Of a stretch of 64,000 nucleotides of DNA, positions 1 to 9,198 are shown piece after piece (the stretch's first letter is position 1; each line of letters opens with the position of its first letter). The notes beneath the pieces are model-generated. The model saw only the letters and a program-made list of their open reading frames with translations, did no database searches and was not told the origin of the DNA. Location: the NCBI GenBank assembly GCA_977020255.1, contig CDROCS010000506.1, positions 3,658,001 through 3,722,000 on the forward strand, in the 5' to 3' direction. The DNA is from Obrimoposthia wandeli (taxonomy: Eukaryota). The position numbers and the translations under genes were made by a program.

Positions 1-996
1 GCTCAGAATAGAGCGCAAACCTTCACCCGGCCTTCTGGTAATGGAACCTATACAACGGCTGCGGGTGATACGCCGCTTGATGATACTTTTAAAGATACCC
101 GCGTTGCCCTTAGTACCCAATATCAACAACAATTAAATCGCCTATGGTTATACTCTGGTGGTGCAAACGTGTCTAAAGAATACGATTACCTTGCGTTATC
201 TATTAACAGTGCGCTAGCACGTGATTTTAATAATCGTAATACTACAGCGTCGTTCGGTGTTGCTTATGCCTACGATACTATTGAGCCTGAAGGCGGTATT
301 CCTAATCCAGGCGTGCCTGTCGATGATTCTGATAATCGCTTAGAAGACAGTGAGACAAAGCAAACCCTAGATCTACTTTTGGGGTTAACGCAAGTGATTA
401 ACCGCCAGACACTAATGCAATTAAACTATTCGATTAGTGATGTCAGTGGTTATCAAACTGACCCGTTTAAAATATTGTCTGTGGTTGATAGCGACGGTTG
501 GGCAAATGATTATGTGTATGAAAGCCGCCCTGACCAGCGAACCAAACAAAGCCTATTTTGGCGCACCAAATATAACCTGCAACCATCTGGGCAAGTATTC
601 GATGTCAGCTATCGCTATTTTTGGGATGATTGGGGTATGGCTTCACACACCATCGACAGTAAATGGCGGATGCCGCTGGCGAACAGCCACTTTATAGAAC
701 CGCATATCCGTTATTATAATCAACAAGCAGCAGACTTCTATCAGGTTTATCTTGATGAAGGCCAGCCAATACCAGAATACATGACTGCTGACTATCGCTT
801 AGGCGAATTACAAACCTATACCGTAGGGCTGAAATATGGCTTTCCGATTGCCGGTAATGAATTCAGCGTGCGACTTGAATATTACCTGACTCAAGTATCG
901 GGTGATGAATCATTAGCTAAAGGGGCGGGGATGACGGGCGTTGATCTGTATCCAGACAAAAGCGCGGTTATGTTGCAGAGTTTCTATCGCTTCTAA
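1..996 (+). CDS. DUF3570 family outer-membrane beta-barrel protein (5' partial; frame is open from position 1)
   Basis: Frame 1 reads AQNRAQTFTRPSGNGTYTTAAGDTPLDDTFKDTR into the ORF 169..996; motifs DPFK, YRYFWDDWG and SSDYRL-like TADYRL; C-terminal Phe; lies upstream of apbE as is typical for this family. Confidence 0.75.
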   Translation, partial: AQNRAQTFTRPSGNGTYTTAAGDTPLDDTFKDTRVALSTQYQQQLNRLWLYSGGANVSKEYDYLALSINSALARDFNNRNTTASFGVAYAYDTIEPEGGIPNPGVPVDDSDNRLEDSETKQTLDLLLGLTQVINRQTLMQLNYSISDVSGYQTDPFKILSVVDSDGWANDYVYESRPDQRTKQSLFWRTKYNLQPSGQVFDVSYRYFWDDWGMASHTIDSKWRMPLANSHFIEPHIRYYNQQAADFYQVYLDEGQPIPEYMTADYRLGELQTYTVGLKYGFPIAGNEFSVRLEYYLTQVSGDESLAKGAGMTGVDLYPDKSAVMLQSFYRF

Positions 997-1024
997 TATA
1001 GTAAGAATGTAAGAGGGATGTAGT

Positions 1025-1924
1025 TTGGGTAAAGCTTATAACTTAACGCGACAAGCTGATTACTGGCTCGGTGAATTCGCTGTCATGGCGAGTACCTGTC
1101 AGATATTGTTAGATGATGTGAGTGCCGCGCAAGCGGATCATCTTGTTGCGCTAGCCTATGCAGAAGCAAAACGTATTGAAGTTAAATACAGTCGCTTTCG
1201 TGATGATAATGTTATTGCTCGCCTCAATCATGCTAATGGTAGAACTGTACAGCTTGATGACGAAACGGTGCAGTTGATTAATTTAGCTGATTTATGTTTT
1301 AAACTCAGTGATGGTTTATTTGATATCAGCTCTGGAGTATTAGGCAAGATCTGGCATTTTAAGCAACAAACACAGCTACCGAGTGATGCCGATATTAGCG
1401 CTTTATTACCGAGTATCGGTTGGCAACAAGCGCAATGGCAAGCACCTTTATTAACCTTACCAGCAGGCATGAGAATTGACCTTGGCGGTATTGGCAAAGA
1501 GTACGCCGTCGATAAAGTCGCGCAGCTATTACAAAATGAAATGCAATCACAGCAAATCAATAGTGCATTTTTAGTTAACTTTGGTGGTGACATTTACGCC
1601 AATAAATTACGTCGTGATGGCGCTGCTTGGCAAGTCGCTATTGAAGACCCACAACATCTTGGCGCAAGTAAACTCATAGTGAATTTAACCCAAGGTGGAT
1701 TAGCGAGTAGCGGTGACAGCCAGCGTTTCATTGATGTTGGTGGTCAGCGTTATAGCCACATCTTAAACCCTCAAACAGGTTATCCCGTTGTTGGTGGCCC
1801 ACCTCAAGTTACTGTGTATGCCCAAAACTGTGTACAAGCGGGGATGCTGGCAACCATCGCGTTATTACAAGGTGAATTCGCTGAAGACTTCTTGAAAGCG
1901 CAAGATTGCCGTTATTGGTTATGA
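1025..1924 (+). CDS. apbE: FAD:protein FMN transferase (ApbE); true start may be the ATG at 1086
   Basis: Motifs DLGGIGKEYAVD, NFGGD, ASSGD, SHILNPQTGYP. Confidence 0.9.
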   Translation: MGKAYNLTRQADYWLGEFAVMASTCQILLDDVSAAQADHLVALAYAEAKRIEVKYSRFRDDNVIARLNHANGRTVQLDDETVQLINLADLCFKLSDGLFDISSGVLGKIWHFKQQTQLPSDADISALLPSIGWQQAQWQAPLLTLPAGMRIDLGGIGKEYAVDKVAQLLQNEMQSQQINSAFLVNFGGDIYANKLRRDGAAWQVAIEDPQHLGASKLIVNLTQGGLASSGDSQRFIDVGGQRYSHILNPQTGYPVVGGPPQVTVYAQNCVQAGMLATIALLQGEFAEDFLKAQDCRYWL

Positions 1925-1973
1925 CTCAATACTAATGAGGTTATTTATAACGAGACTCTTTATAACGACCAAA

Positions 1974-2927
1974 TCAAACTTGGTTTTGTGGTGTACCCGC
2001 CACGAACTGTTCGATATTATTAATTAACTGATCCACCAAGGTTTGAATCGCTGAGTCCGATCCCCAAGCTACATGCGGCGTTAAAATCAGATTTGGTAAA
2101 TGGGCATTCGCGATCAATGGATTACTGTCATCAGCTGGCTCTTGGGTAAATACATCCACACCCGCACCGGCAATTTGTTGATTAAGTAATGCATCAACCA
2201 AGGCATCTTCATCAACTAATCCACCGCGACCTGCGTTAATTAATATGCTGGTATTTTTCATCAATTTTAATTCGTCACTGCCGATGAGATTATGCGTCAG
2301 CTCTGCAAGTGGGCAATGTACTGTTAGTACATCTGCTTGTGCTAAAACGTCTGTAAATGGACTGTAACCTGTGCGGCATGTTTTAGCGCCTTTACGCTCT
2401 GCAAAAATGACCTTCATACCCAAGGCTTTAGCCAAAACTGCAACGGCATTACCTAAACCGCCTTTACCTATAACGCCTAATGTTGAACCGGCGATGTCAG
2501 AAATCGGGTGACTAAAGAAACAGAACTGTTTTTGCTGCTGCCACACACCCGCTTGAATATCTTGATGATAGCCGACTAGATTACGCTTCAATGCAAACAT
2601 CATCGCTAATACATGTTCTGGCACGGAATTAGTGGCGTATCCTTGAATATTACTGACGATAATATTGTGTTGGCGACAATAGTCTAAATCAACATTGTTG
2701 GTGCCTGTTGCCGCGATGGCGATCATTTTTAATTGTGAGCACTGACTTAATACCTGCGCATCTAAAATGACTTTATTGGTAATGACAATAGTTGCACTTT
2801 GCAGGCGTTCAATCACTTGATCACTTGTTGTCGTCGCATATTCTTGCCATTGACATTCAACACTCGGTTGAGGGATGGTTATATGTTCAGGGATTGTAGC
2901 GCGGTCGAGAAAGACAATATTTTCCAT
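1974..2927 (-). CDS. D-2-hydroxyacid dehydrogenase (glycerate dehydrogenase-like)
   Basis: Rossmann GKGGLG, HCPL, NAGRGGLVDE, DVFTQEP, LTPHVAW. Confidence 0.9.
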   Translation of the reverse strand: MENIVFLDRATIPEHITIPQPSVECQWQEYATTTSDQVIERLQSATIVITNKVILDAQVLSQCSQLKMIAIAATGTNNVDLDYCRQHNIIVSNIQGYATNSVPEHVLAMMFALKRNLVGYHQDIQAGVWQQQKQFCFFSHPISDIAGSTLGVIGKGGLGNAVAVLAKALGMKVIFAERKGAKTCRTGYSPFTDVLAQADVLTVHCPLAELTHNLIGSDELKLMKNTSILINAGRGGLVDEDALVDALLNQQIAGAGVDVFTQEPADDSNPLIANAHLPNLILTPHVAWGSDSAIQTLVDQLINNIEQFVAGTPQNQV

Positions 2928-2977
2928 GCAAGTAAATCCATTTTTAAGTTAATGCTGAAAGTCGGCCTAAATATCGC

Positions 2978-3006
2978 TTGCGATAATTTTAACAGACTGG
3001 TACTTT
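2978..3006 (+). promoter_or_regulatory. sigma70 promoter with extended -10 for the trp leader/trpS
   Basis: TTGCGA (2978-2983), 17 bp spacer, TGG-TACTTT (3001-3006); predicted +1 falls at about 3013. Confidence 0.55.
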
Positions 3007-3012
3007 GAATTA

Positions 3013-3072
3013 ATGAAATTAAACCTTATTTTTACGCTTATCACAACATCTTGGTGGCACTCTCTTCTATAA
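3013..3072 (+). CDS. Trp leader peptide MKLNLIFTLITTSWWHSLL (not in the ORF track)
   Basis: ATG 3013, tandem TGG TGG at 3052-3057, TAA 3070-3072; directly upstream of a tryptophanyl-tRNA synthetase gene. Confidence 0.8.
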   Translation: MKLNLIFTLITTSWWHSLL

Positions 3073-3166
3073 GAGCGGTGTTGAATACTTTTGTTCACAG
3101 ATCGCCGGATGGCAGCTGATGAATAAAACGTAAGTATGTCTCCGGTAGTTTATTTTGGAGATATAC
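3058..3166 (+). promoter_or_regulatory. Attenuator with alternative hairpins; the last hairpin sequesters the trpS Shine-Dalgarno
   Basis: GTATGTCTCC (3134-3143) pairs with GGAGATATAC (3157-3166); the competing CCGGATGGCA (3105-3114) pairs with TGTCTCCGG (3137-3145). Confidence 0.65.
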
Positions 3167-3167
3167 A

Positions 3168-4238
3168 ATGAAAAAAAATCAATCAATAGCTTTAAACCAA
3201 GCATCTAATTTAGCCACAAATACCGATATTAAAGAAAAAATCCTCACTGGCGATCGCGCTACGGGCTCTCTACACCTTGGCCATTATGTTGGTTCATTAC
3301 AACAGCGCGTTAAGCTACAGCATCAATATCAGCAAACGATCTTAGTCGCAGACATGCAGGGGCTTACTGATAATGGCCATAATCCGCAAAAAGTATCATC
3401 AAACATTCTTAATGTTGTTGCTGATTATCTTGCCGCAGGCATCGATCCATTAAAAACCACGATCTGTTTACAATCAGGGATCCCTGCACTAGCTGAGCTA
3501 ACGATGTATTATTCAAACTTAGTGTCTATTTCCCGTTTAGAACGTAATCCAACGGTTAAAAATGAGATCAAAAGTAAATCATTTGGCCGATCTATTCCTG
3601 CTGGTTTTTTAACATATCCAATTAGTCAGGCGGCAGACATTACTGCATTTAAAGCTACGTTAATACCTGTGGGTGAAGATCAGTTACCTATGTTGGAACA
3701 GACCAATGAGATCGTCAGAAGATTAAACCATATTGCCCAGCAAGACATTTTAGTTGAATGTAAGCCATTATTAAGTAAGGTTTCACGTTTACCGAGTGTC
3801 GACGGTAAAAGCAAAATGTCTAAATCGATGGGCAATACCATCATGCTAAGTTCAAGTGAAAAAGATATCCGTAAAGCGGTGAAAGCCATGTATACAGATC
3901 CGGATCATTTACGTGTGTGTGACCCAGGGAAAGTCGAAGGCAATGTGGTATTTACGTATTTAGATGCATTCCATCAAGATCAAGGCTATGTAGCGAATTT
4001 AAAAGCGCAATATTCTGCTGGTGGTTTAGGTGATGGCAGCGTTAAGAAGATCTTAGAAGAATGTTTACAAGATCTACTAAAGCCAATTCGTCAGCGCCGA
4101 GAAGAATTCATCGCAGATCGAACACAGCTAATTGCGATCTTGAAAGCAGGAACTGAACGCTCTCAAGATGAGTCTAATGAGGTATTACGTCAGGTGAAAA
4201 GTGCCTTTGGGTTAAATCTGTTTTATAAGGATAATTAA
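3168..4238 (+). CDS. trpS: Tryptophan--tRNA ligase (TrpRS II / trpS2 type)
   Basis: TGDRATGSLHLGH (HIGH-type), YPISQAADI, PVGEDQ, KMSKS. Confidence 0.95.
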   Translation: MKKNQSIALNQASNLATNTDIKEKILTGDRATGSLHLGHYVGSLQQRVKLQHQYQQTILVADMQGLTDNGHNPQKVSSNILNVVADYLAAGIDPLKTTICLQSGIPALAELTMYYSNLVSISRLERNPTVKNEIKSKSFGRSIPAGFLTYPISQAADITAFKATLIPVGEDQLPMLEQTNEIVRRLNHIAQQDILVECKPLLSKVSRLPSVDGKSKMSKSMGNTIMLSSSEKDIRKAVKAMYTDPDHLRVCDPGKVEGNVVFTYLDAFHQDQGYVANLKAQYSAGGLGDGSVKKILEECLQDLLKPIRQRREEFIADRTQLIAILKAGTERSQDESNEVLRQVKSAFGLNLFYKDN

Positions 4239-4240
4239 AC

Positions 4241-4552
4241 ATGCATAATATTTTTGATTCAATCCCCGCAGATCTAAGTAACGAGATATTTGAAGATCTC
4301 GTTAGCAGTGACAAAGTTAAAATAGAACGCATTATTTCAAAAGGGCACACCTCTCCAGATTTTGGCTGGTATGACCAAGAGCAGAATGAGTGGGTGATTG
4401 TTATTGCTGGTAGCGCTGTTATCGGTTTTGATGACAAGCCCTCTGCGACGCTTAAAGCGGGTGATTACCTGAATATTCCTGCACACCAAAAACACAAAGT
4501 GGCGTGGACAGATCCAAATGTTGAAACTATCTGGTTAGCAGTGCATTATTGA
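4241..4552 (+). CDS. Cupin domain protein
   Basis: Cupin motifs WYDQEQNEWVIVIAG and GDYLNIPAHQKHKV. Confidence 0.8.
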   Translation: MHNIFDSIPADLSNEIFEDLVSSDKVKIERIISKGHTSPDFGWYDQEQNEWVIVIAGSAVIGFDDKPSATLKAGDYLNIPAHQKHKVAWTDPNVETIWLAVHY

Positions 4553-4604
4553 AGGCTACGTTATAATTAACCAGCTGTATAGAACACTAGTAAAGGGAAC
4601 TGAA

Positions 4605-5063
4605 ATGGAAATTCGAATTGATGATTTAACAGGCCCTGAAGTGGCGCAGTTATTACAAGAACACCATCAAGACATGCTTGATCATACGCCTGCTGAAAGT
4701 GTGCATTCGTTAGATATTAGCGGACTACAATCGCCAGAGGTGACGTTTTGGAGTGCATGGATTGATGGCGATCTTGCAGGTTGTGGTGCGATAAAAGTGA
4801 TTGAGGCTGGACATGCTGAGCTAAAATCAATGCGCACATCGAGTACGCATTTACGACAAGGGGTGGCTCAGCGGTTACTGACGTATATTTTAGCTGCGGT
4901 CAAAGCCCAAGGTATAACAACCATCAGCTTAGAAACTGGTACGCCAGATTCATTCATACCAGCTCAAAAGCTATATCGAGATTTTGGTTTTAAGGAGTGC
5001 GAACCGTTTGCTAACTACAGCGAAGATCCGTACAGCTTATATATGACGAAAAAAATCGATTGA
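4605..5063 (+). CDS. GNAT N-acetyltransferase (YedL-like)
   Basis: ELKSMRT, RQGVA acetyl-CoA motif, LETG, LYRDFGF. Confidence 0.85.
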   Translation: MEIRIDDLTGPEVAQLLQEHHQDMLDHTPAESVHSLDISGLQSPEVTFWSAWIDGDLAGCGAIKVIEAGHAELKSMRTSSTHLRQGVAQRLLTYILAAVKAQGITTISLETGTPDSFIPAQKLYRDFGFKECEPFANYSEDPYSLYMTKKID

Positions 5064-5091
5064 GTATCTACTCGACTTAATCATAGTTTTA

Positions 5092-5763
5092 CTAAACCGT
5101 GCTTTCACTCAATACCATCACGCCGTCAAGCAAGTTGTAGATGATCGCACTTGATACCGTCATAAACAGTAAACCGGTAACCAAGTTGATTGCAGGTGCG
5201 GCTTTTTGTACGCGCGTTTGTACCGCTGGTTTTGATAAAATTAACGCGATAAATACAAACCATATTAGTGACAGTACTAACATGATAACGGTTGCGACTA
5301 ATTTCGTCATAAGGCTCACATCTGGCGTGATCATCGCCGAAAATAAGACGATGAAAAACACCATACATTTCGGATTTAATAAGTTAGTCCAAAGCCCTTG
5401 CATGAAACCTTGTGTTGGCGTTAATTTATTTAATTTTAGTTGGTTACCATCGACAGATACTCTCGCCTTCCAATGTTGGATTGCGCCTTTTACTGCGCCA
5501 AAGCCCATCCATGCTAAGTAACTTGCCCCCATCATTTGTACGATAATATACAATGTTTGTGAGCTCTTAATAATTAGACTCACGCCAGTCAAACTCAAAA
5601 TAGTATGAATTAAAATAGCAATCGAGATACCTACTGCGGATGCGATAGCGGTGTTGCGAGATTCTTGGCTAGCCAGTTTGACCACCAAAGCAAAGTCTGG
5701 ACCAGGGCTGGCTAATGCGACAGCGTGGATAATAGCGAGAGATAACAGTAGTTCGATGTTCAT
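5092..5763 (-). CDS. LysE family amino-acid exporter
   Basis: SPGPDF, GASYLAWMG, NLLNPK; several hydrophobic segments. Confidence 0.9.
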   Translation of the reverse strand: MNIELLLSLAIIHAVALASPGPDFALVVKLASQESRNTAIASAVGISIAILIHTILSLTGVSLIIKSSQTLYIIVQMMGASYLAWMGFGAVKGAIQHWKARVSVDGNQLKLNKLTPTQGFMQGLWTNLLNPKCMVFFIVLFSAMITPDVSLMTKLVATVIMLVLSLIWFVFIALILSKPAVQTRVQKAAPAINLVTGLLFMTVSSAIIYNLLDGVMVLSESTV

Positions 5764-5850
5764 TGGTAAACCTTAATATAGTGATTATGTCGCTATATTG
5801 CAGTGTAAAATAGAATCGTTATAGGAAAAAATTGCAGTGAAAGGTTAAAT

Positions 5851-6693
5851 CTACAGCACTCGACGCTGAAAGTGAGATGGGGTAATGAGGTAAGCATTTT
5901 TAAAGGCTTTATTAAAATGGCTTTGATCAAAAAAACCAACTTGATGGGCGACATCAGATAGGTTTCCGCCTTTCATTAACGCTTTCTTCGCATATTCCAA
6001 ACGCACTCGTTTCAAATAAGCGTGGGGTGTCATGCCCATTGATTGTTTGAACTGACGTAAAAACTGAAATTTACTGAGATCCAGATTTTGTGCTAATTCA
6101 TCTAATTGAAATGATTGGCTTGGTTCATCATGAAACAAAGCTCTGATGTAGTTTAACTGCTGGGTCGAAAGCTTTTTTGTTGAGGAATATTGTTGTACAG
6201 GTATTCCACCATTATGGATAAATAGTTCGGTGATAAAAGCCATCATGGTGGTTTCAATCTGCAATTTTGCACTGCTAACTTGTTCCGTCGTTAACAGTTG
6301 ATGTAAATGCAAAAATGCATTTGATAGTACCGCATTGTTAACTAAAGGCGCGTTAAAGAAGGTTTCTGATTGATTCATTTCTCGGCTAATATCATTAACA
6401 TAATCAACAGGTAATGCCATTACATGGGATTTATAACCGCCAAGGGTGATATTGTCGCCGTTATGCGCTTCATCTGGATTTAAGGTAGAGATAAAACCGG
6501 GCGCAAGGTGATAGACCTTACCTTGGTGGATATATTGTTGGCAGCCGCTGGTGACAATACCAATATGGTAATCAAGATGCACATGGCGCTCGAAAGAAAA
6601 TTTTTCAAAATTCGCCGAGCTGAGCTCAATATTAGGCAAGATAGGGTTGTGCCAATATTCAATTTTCTCTATTTTTTTCCCATCGGCACTCAT
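5851..6693 (-). CDS. AraC family transcriptional regulator (cupin sensor)
   Basis: N-terminal RHVH/NPDEAH cupin; C-terminal double HTH ending GFFDQSHFNKAFK. Confidence 0.9.
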   Translation of the reverse strand: MSADGKKIEKIEYWHNPILPNIELSSANFEKFSFERHVHLDYHIGIVTSGCQQYIHQGKVYHLAPGFISTLNPDEAHNGDNITLGGYKSHVMALPVDYVNDISREMNQSETFFNAPLVNNAVLSNAFLHLHQLLTTEQVSSAKLQIETTMMAFITELFIHNGGIPVQQYSSTKKLSTQQLNYIRALFHDEPSQSFQLDELAQNLDLSKFQFLRQFKQSMGMTPHAYLKRVRLEYAKKALMKGGNLSDVAHQVGFFDQSHFNKAFKNAYLITPSHFQRRVL

Positions 6694-6903
6694 CTACACG
6701 CTCATATTTTTAGATATACGGTCTTCATTTACACGAACTAAGCCATTAACTACCTATGTTAACAGCTAGTGGTCACTTGATTATAGTAAATAATTGCACA
6801 GTATTTTTGGGATGATTATCTGAACAGCAAAATATCATGCTTACTATTCGGACGTTATTTCATGACCATATGTGTATTGTTACCTACAAAGATGTAAGTT
6901 TGA

Positions 6904-6919
6904 TGTGACACGTGTTGCA
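6904..6919 (+). promoter_or_regulatory. Possible CRP site upstream of the amino-acid transporter
   Basis: TGTGA-cacgtg-TTGCA versus consensus TGTGA-N6-TCACA. Confidence 0.3.
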
Positions 6920-7062
6920 TTATGGTTAACAATACTTTACATCGTTATAAACCCTATGTATTGTCCTTGTCACTGGTTTTGATGCTTTATGTAGTTAAGG
7001 TATCTATGTTTTAGTTATAAACCAGATAAATACACTAGACTCTGCATCTCAAGGATTTATAC

Positions 7063-8343
7063 GTGTTAAATATTAAAAGTAGTCAATCTCATTCTCAATC
7101 TAATTTATCTTCTCATTCTAGTTCAGCGCCTTCTAGTTGGAACGCCCATGATACCAAGTGGACGCTCAGTTTATTTGGTACTGCTGTAGGGGCTGGCATA
7201 CTGTTCTTACCTATCAACATTGGTGCTGGTGGATTTTGGCCACTTATTATTATGGCTCTGCTTGCTGGCCCGATGACTTTCTTAGCACACAGAGGTTTAT
7301 CTCGATTCGTACTTTCTTCTAAGCATCCTGAAGCTGACTTTACCGATGTGGTTGAGGAGCACTTTGGCCCTAACGCTGGTCGTATTATCTCTGTGCTTTA
7401 TTTTCTCTCTATTTATCCTATCTTACTGATTTATGGTGTTGGCTTAACTAATACGGTCGATAGCTTTATCGTTAATCAGCTTGGCTTTGCATCACCATCT
7501 CGTGTGTTGCTATCAGGTGTATTGGTTGCGGGTATGGTCGGTGTGATGATGGGCGGAGAAAAATTAGTACTCAAAGCGTTTGAGATAATCGTGTATCCAT
7601 TGGTGCTTATACTGGCTGGTCTATCAATCTATATGATCCAAGATTGGCAATTGCCAGACGTATCAATGGCGACGGATATGGCTGAATTTTCGCGTACATT
7701 ATGGTTAGCGGTACCTGTTACTGTATTTGCGTTTAGCCATGCGGCGGCTATTTCTAGCTTTACGACGGCGCAAAAGCGTCATTACGGTAAACAAGCAGGG
7801 GTTAAATCAGAACAGATCTTGAAACGTACCTCGATCATGCTTATTTCGTTTGTGGTATTTTTTGTTTTTTCTTGTGTGTTTAGCCTAACGCCAGCGCAGT
7901 TGCTAGAAGCTAAAATACAAAATATATCTGTTTTATCGTATCTTGCAAATGTGAAAGATAACGCCTTGATTGCTTCTTTAGGTCCTTTAATCGCTTTCAT
8001 TGCAATTACATCATCATTCTTTGGGCATTTCTTAGGGGCCCGAGAAGGTCTAAATGGCCTAATACGTAAACAAGTTAACATGAAACCTGCGGCGATAAAT
8101 AAGCTGACTATTTTTATATTGTTTACTAGTATCTGGGCTGTTTCAGTGATGAATCCAAGTATTTTAAATATGATGGAAATGTTTTCTGGACCCGTTATTG
8201 CGATGATTTTGTTTGTGATGCCTATGTATGCGATACATAAAGTCGAAGCTTTGGCTCAATACCGTGGCGCGTTAAGTAATATCTTCGTGATGACGATGGG
8301 GTTGATTGCCATCTCAGCGTTAATATTTAACGTGTTCTTATAA
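7063..8343 (+). CDS. HAAAP family serine/threonine-type amino acid:H+ symporter (SdaC/TdcC-like)
   Basis: LFGTAVGAGILFLP, FAFSH, SFFGHFLGAREG; about 11 TM segments. Confidence 0.9.
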   Translation: MLNIKSSQSHSQSNLSSHSSSAPSSWNAHDTKWTLSLFGTAVGAGILFLPINIGAGGFWPLIIMALLAGPMTFLAHRGLSRFVLSSKHPEADFTDVVEEHFGPNAGRIISVLYFLSIYPILLIYGVGLTNTVDSFIVNQLGFASPSRVLLSGVLVAGMVGVMMGGEKLVLKAFEIIVYPLVLILAGLSIYMIQDWQLPDVSMATDMAEFSRTLWLAVPVTVFAFSHAAAISSFTTAQKRHYGKQAGVKSEQILKRTSIMLISFVVFFVFSCVFSLTPAQLLEAKIQNISVLSYLANVKDNALIASLGPLIAFIAITSSFFGHFLGAREGLNGLIRKQVNMKPAAINKLTIFILFTSIWAVSVMNPSILNMMEMFSGPVIAMILFVMPMYAIHKVEALAQYRGALSNIFVMTMGLIAISALIFNVFL

Positions 8344-8390
8344 AAGTATGACGGAATAATAAAAGAAGGGAATGTCAGTTTCTTGAAGGG

Positions 8391-8440
8391 GACTCAATTG
8401 CATATGTGTAAATGACACAGGCAATTGAGTCTTCGTTTCT
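8391..8440 (+). terminator. Long hairpin/intrinsic terminator between convergent genes
   Basis: GACTCAATTGC (8391-8401) / GCAATTGAGTC (8421-8431) with an inner TGTGT/ACACA stem, followed by a T-rich tract. Confidence 0.65.
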
Positions 8441-8469
8441 TTATTGTTACAAGCTATTACTACAAGCGA

Positions 8470-9198
8470 TTATGACGTAGCTTGAATATTCGCTAAACGT
8501 GGTAACTTGCCTTTTAACGCGGTGATATGCAATGTCTTGTTAGACAGATAATCATTCAGTCCATTGTTACGTAATAGACATGCAGGGCAATCGCCACAAC
8601 CTTTCCCAACAACACCGTTATAACAAGTCAGTGATTGGTGCGTCACAAAATCAAGTTCATCATGCAAGTCTGCAAGTGCCCATGTTTCTGCTTTGTTTAA
8701 CCACATTAATGGTGTTTCAAATTTAAACTCTTTCGCCATGCCTAAGTTACAAGCTTGGTTAATCGATTTGATAAATTCATCACGACAATCAGGGTAGCCA
8801 GAGAAATCTGTTTCACATACGCCAGTGATAACCGTGTTAGCACCAACTTGGTAAGCATAGATGCTCGCCAGTGTCATGAAAATGATATTACGACCAGGGA
8901 CAAAAGAATTCGGTAAGCCATTATCCATTAATTCGTGAGATACCGAGATGTCGTCACGTGTTAACGAGCTAATTGCGAGTTCACCAAGCACATCAGCATT
9001 AATGATTTTATGATTTTTAACACCGAAATAAGCCGCTGTTTTCTTCGCTACCTCGATTTCTTGGCTATGACGTTGGCCATAATCAAAGGTAATACAGTCT
9101 ACACTGTCATAACGTTGCAGTGCATCGACTAAACAAGTAGTGCTATCTTGACCACCACTGAATACTAATACGGCTTTGTTTGCTGTCTGCTGTGACAT
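8470..9198 (-). CDS. queC: 7-cyano-7-deazaguanine synthase
   Basis: [22 protein letters not shown], zinc ligands [13 protein letters not shown]. Confidence 0.95.
   Translation of the reverse strand: MSQQTANKAVLVFSGGQDSTTCLVDALQRYDSVDCITFDYGQRHSQEIEVAKKTAAYFGVKNHKIINADVLGELAISSLTRDDISVSHELMDNGLPNSFVPGRNIIFMTLASIYAYQVGANTVITGVCETDFSGYPDCRDEFIKSINQACNLGMAKEFKFETPLMWLNKAETWALADLHDELDFVTHQSLTCYNGVVGKGCGDCPACLLRNNGLNDYLSNKTLHITALKGKLPRLANIQATS

Noticed and set aside
3051-3066. GGTGGCAC resembling a T-box antiterminator bulge upstream of an aminoacyl-tRNA synthetase
   Set aside because: There is no Stem I/specifier loop or terminator, and the motif is simply the TGG TGG CAC codons of the leader peptide.
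8470-9198. queC as part of a defence or DNA-modification system (QatC/Dpd-like)
   Set aside because: It is a canonical-length housekeeping-type QueC with no qat, dpd, TatD or ATPase neighbours.
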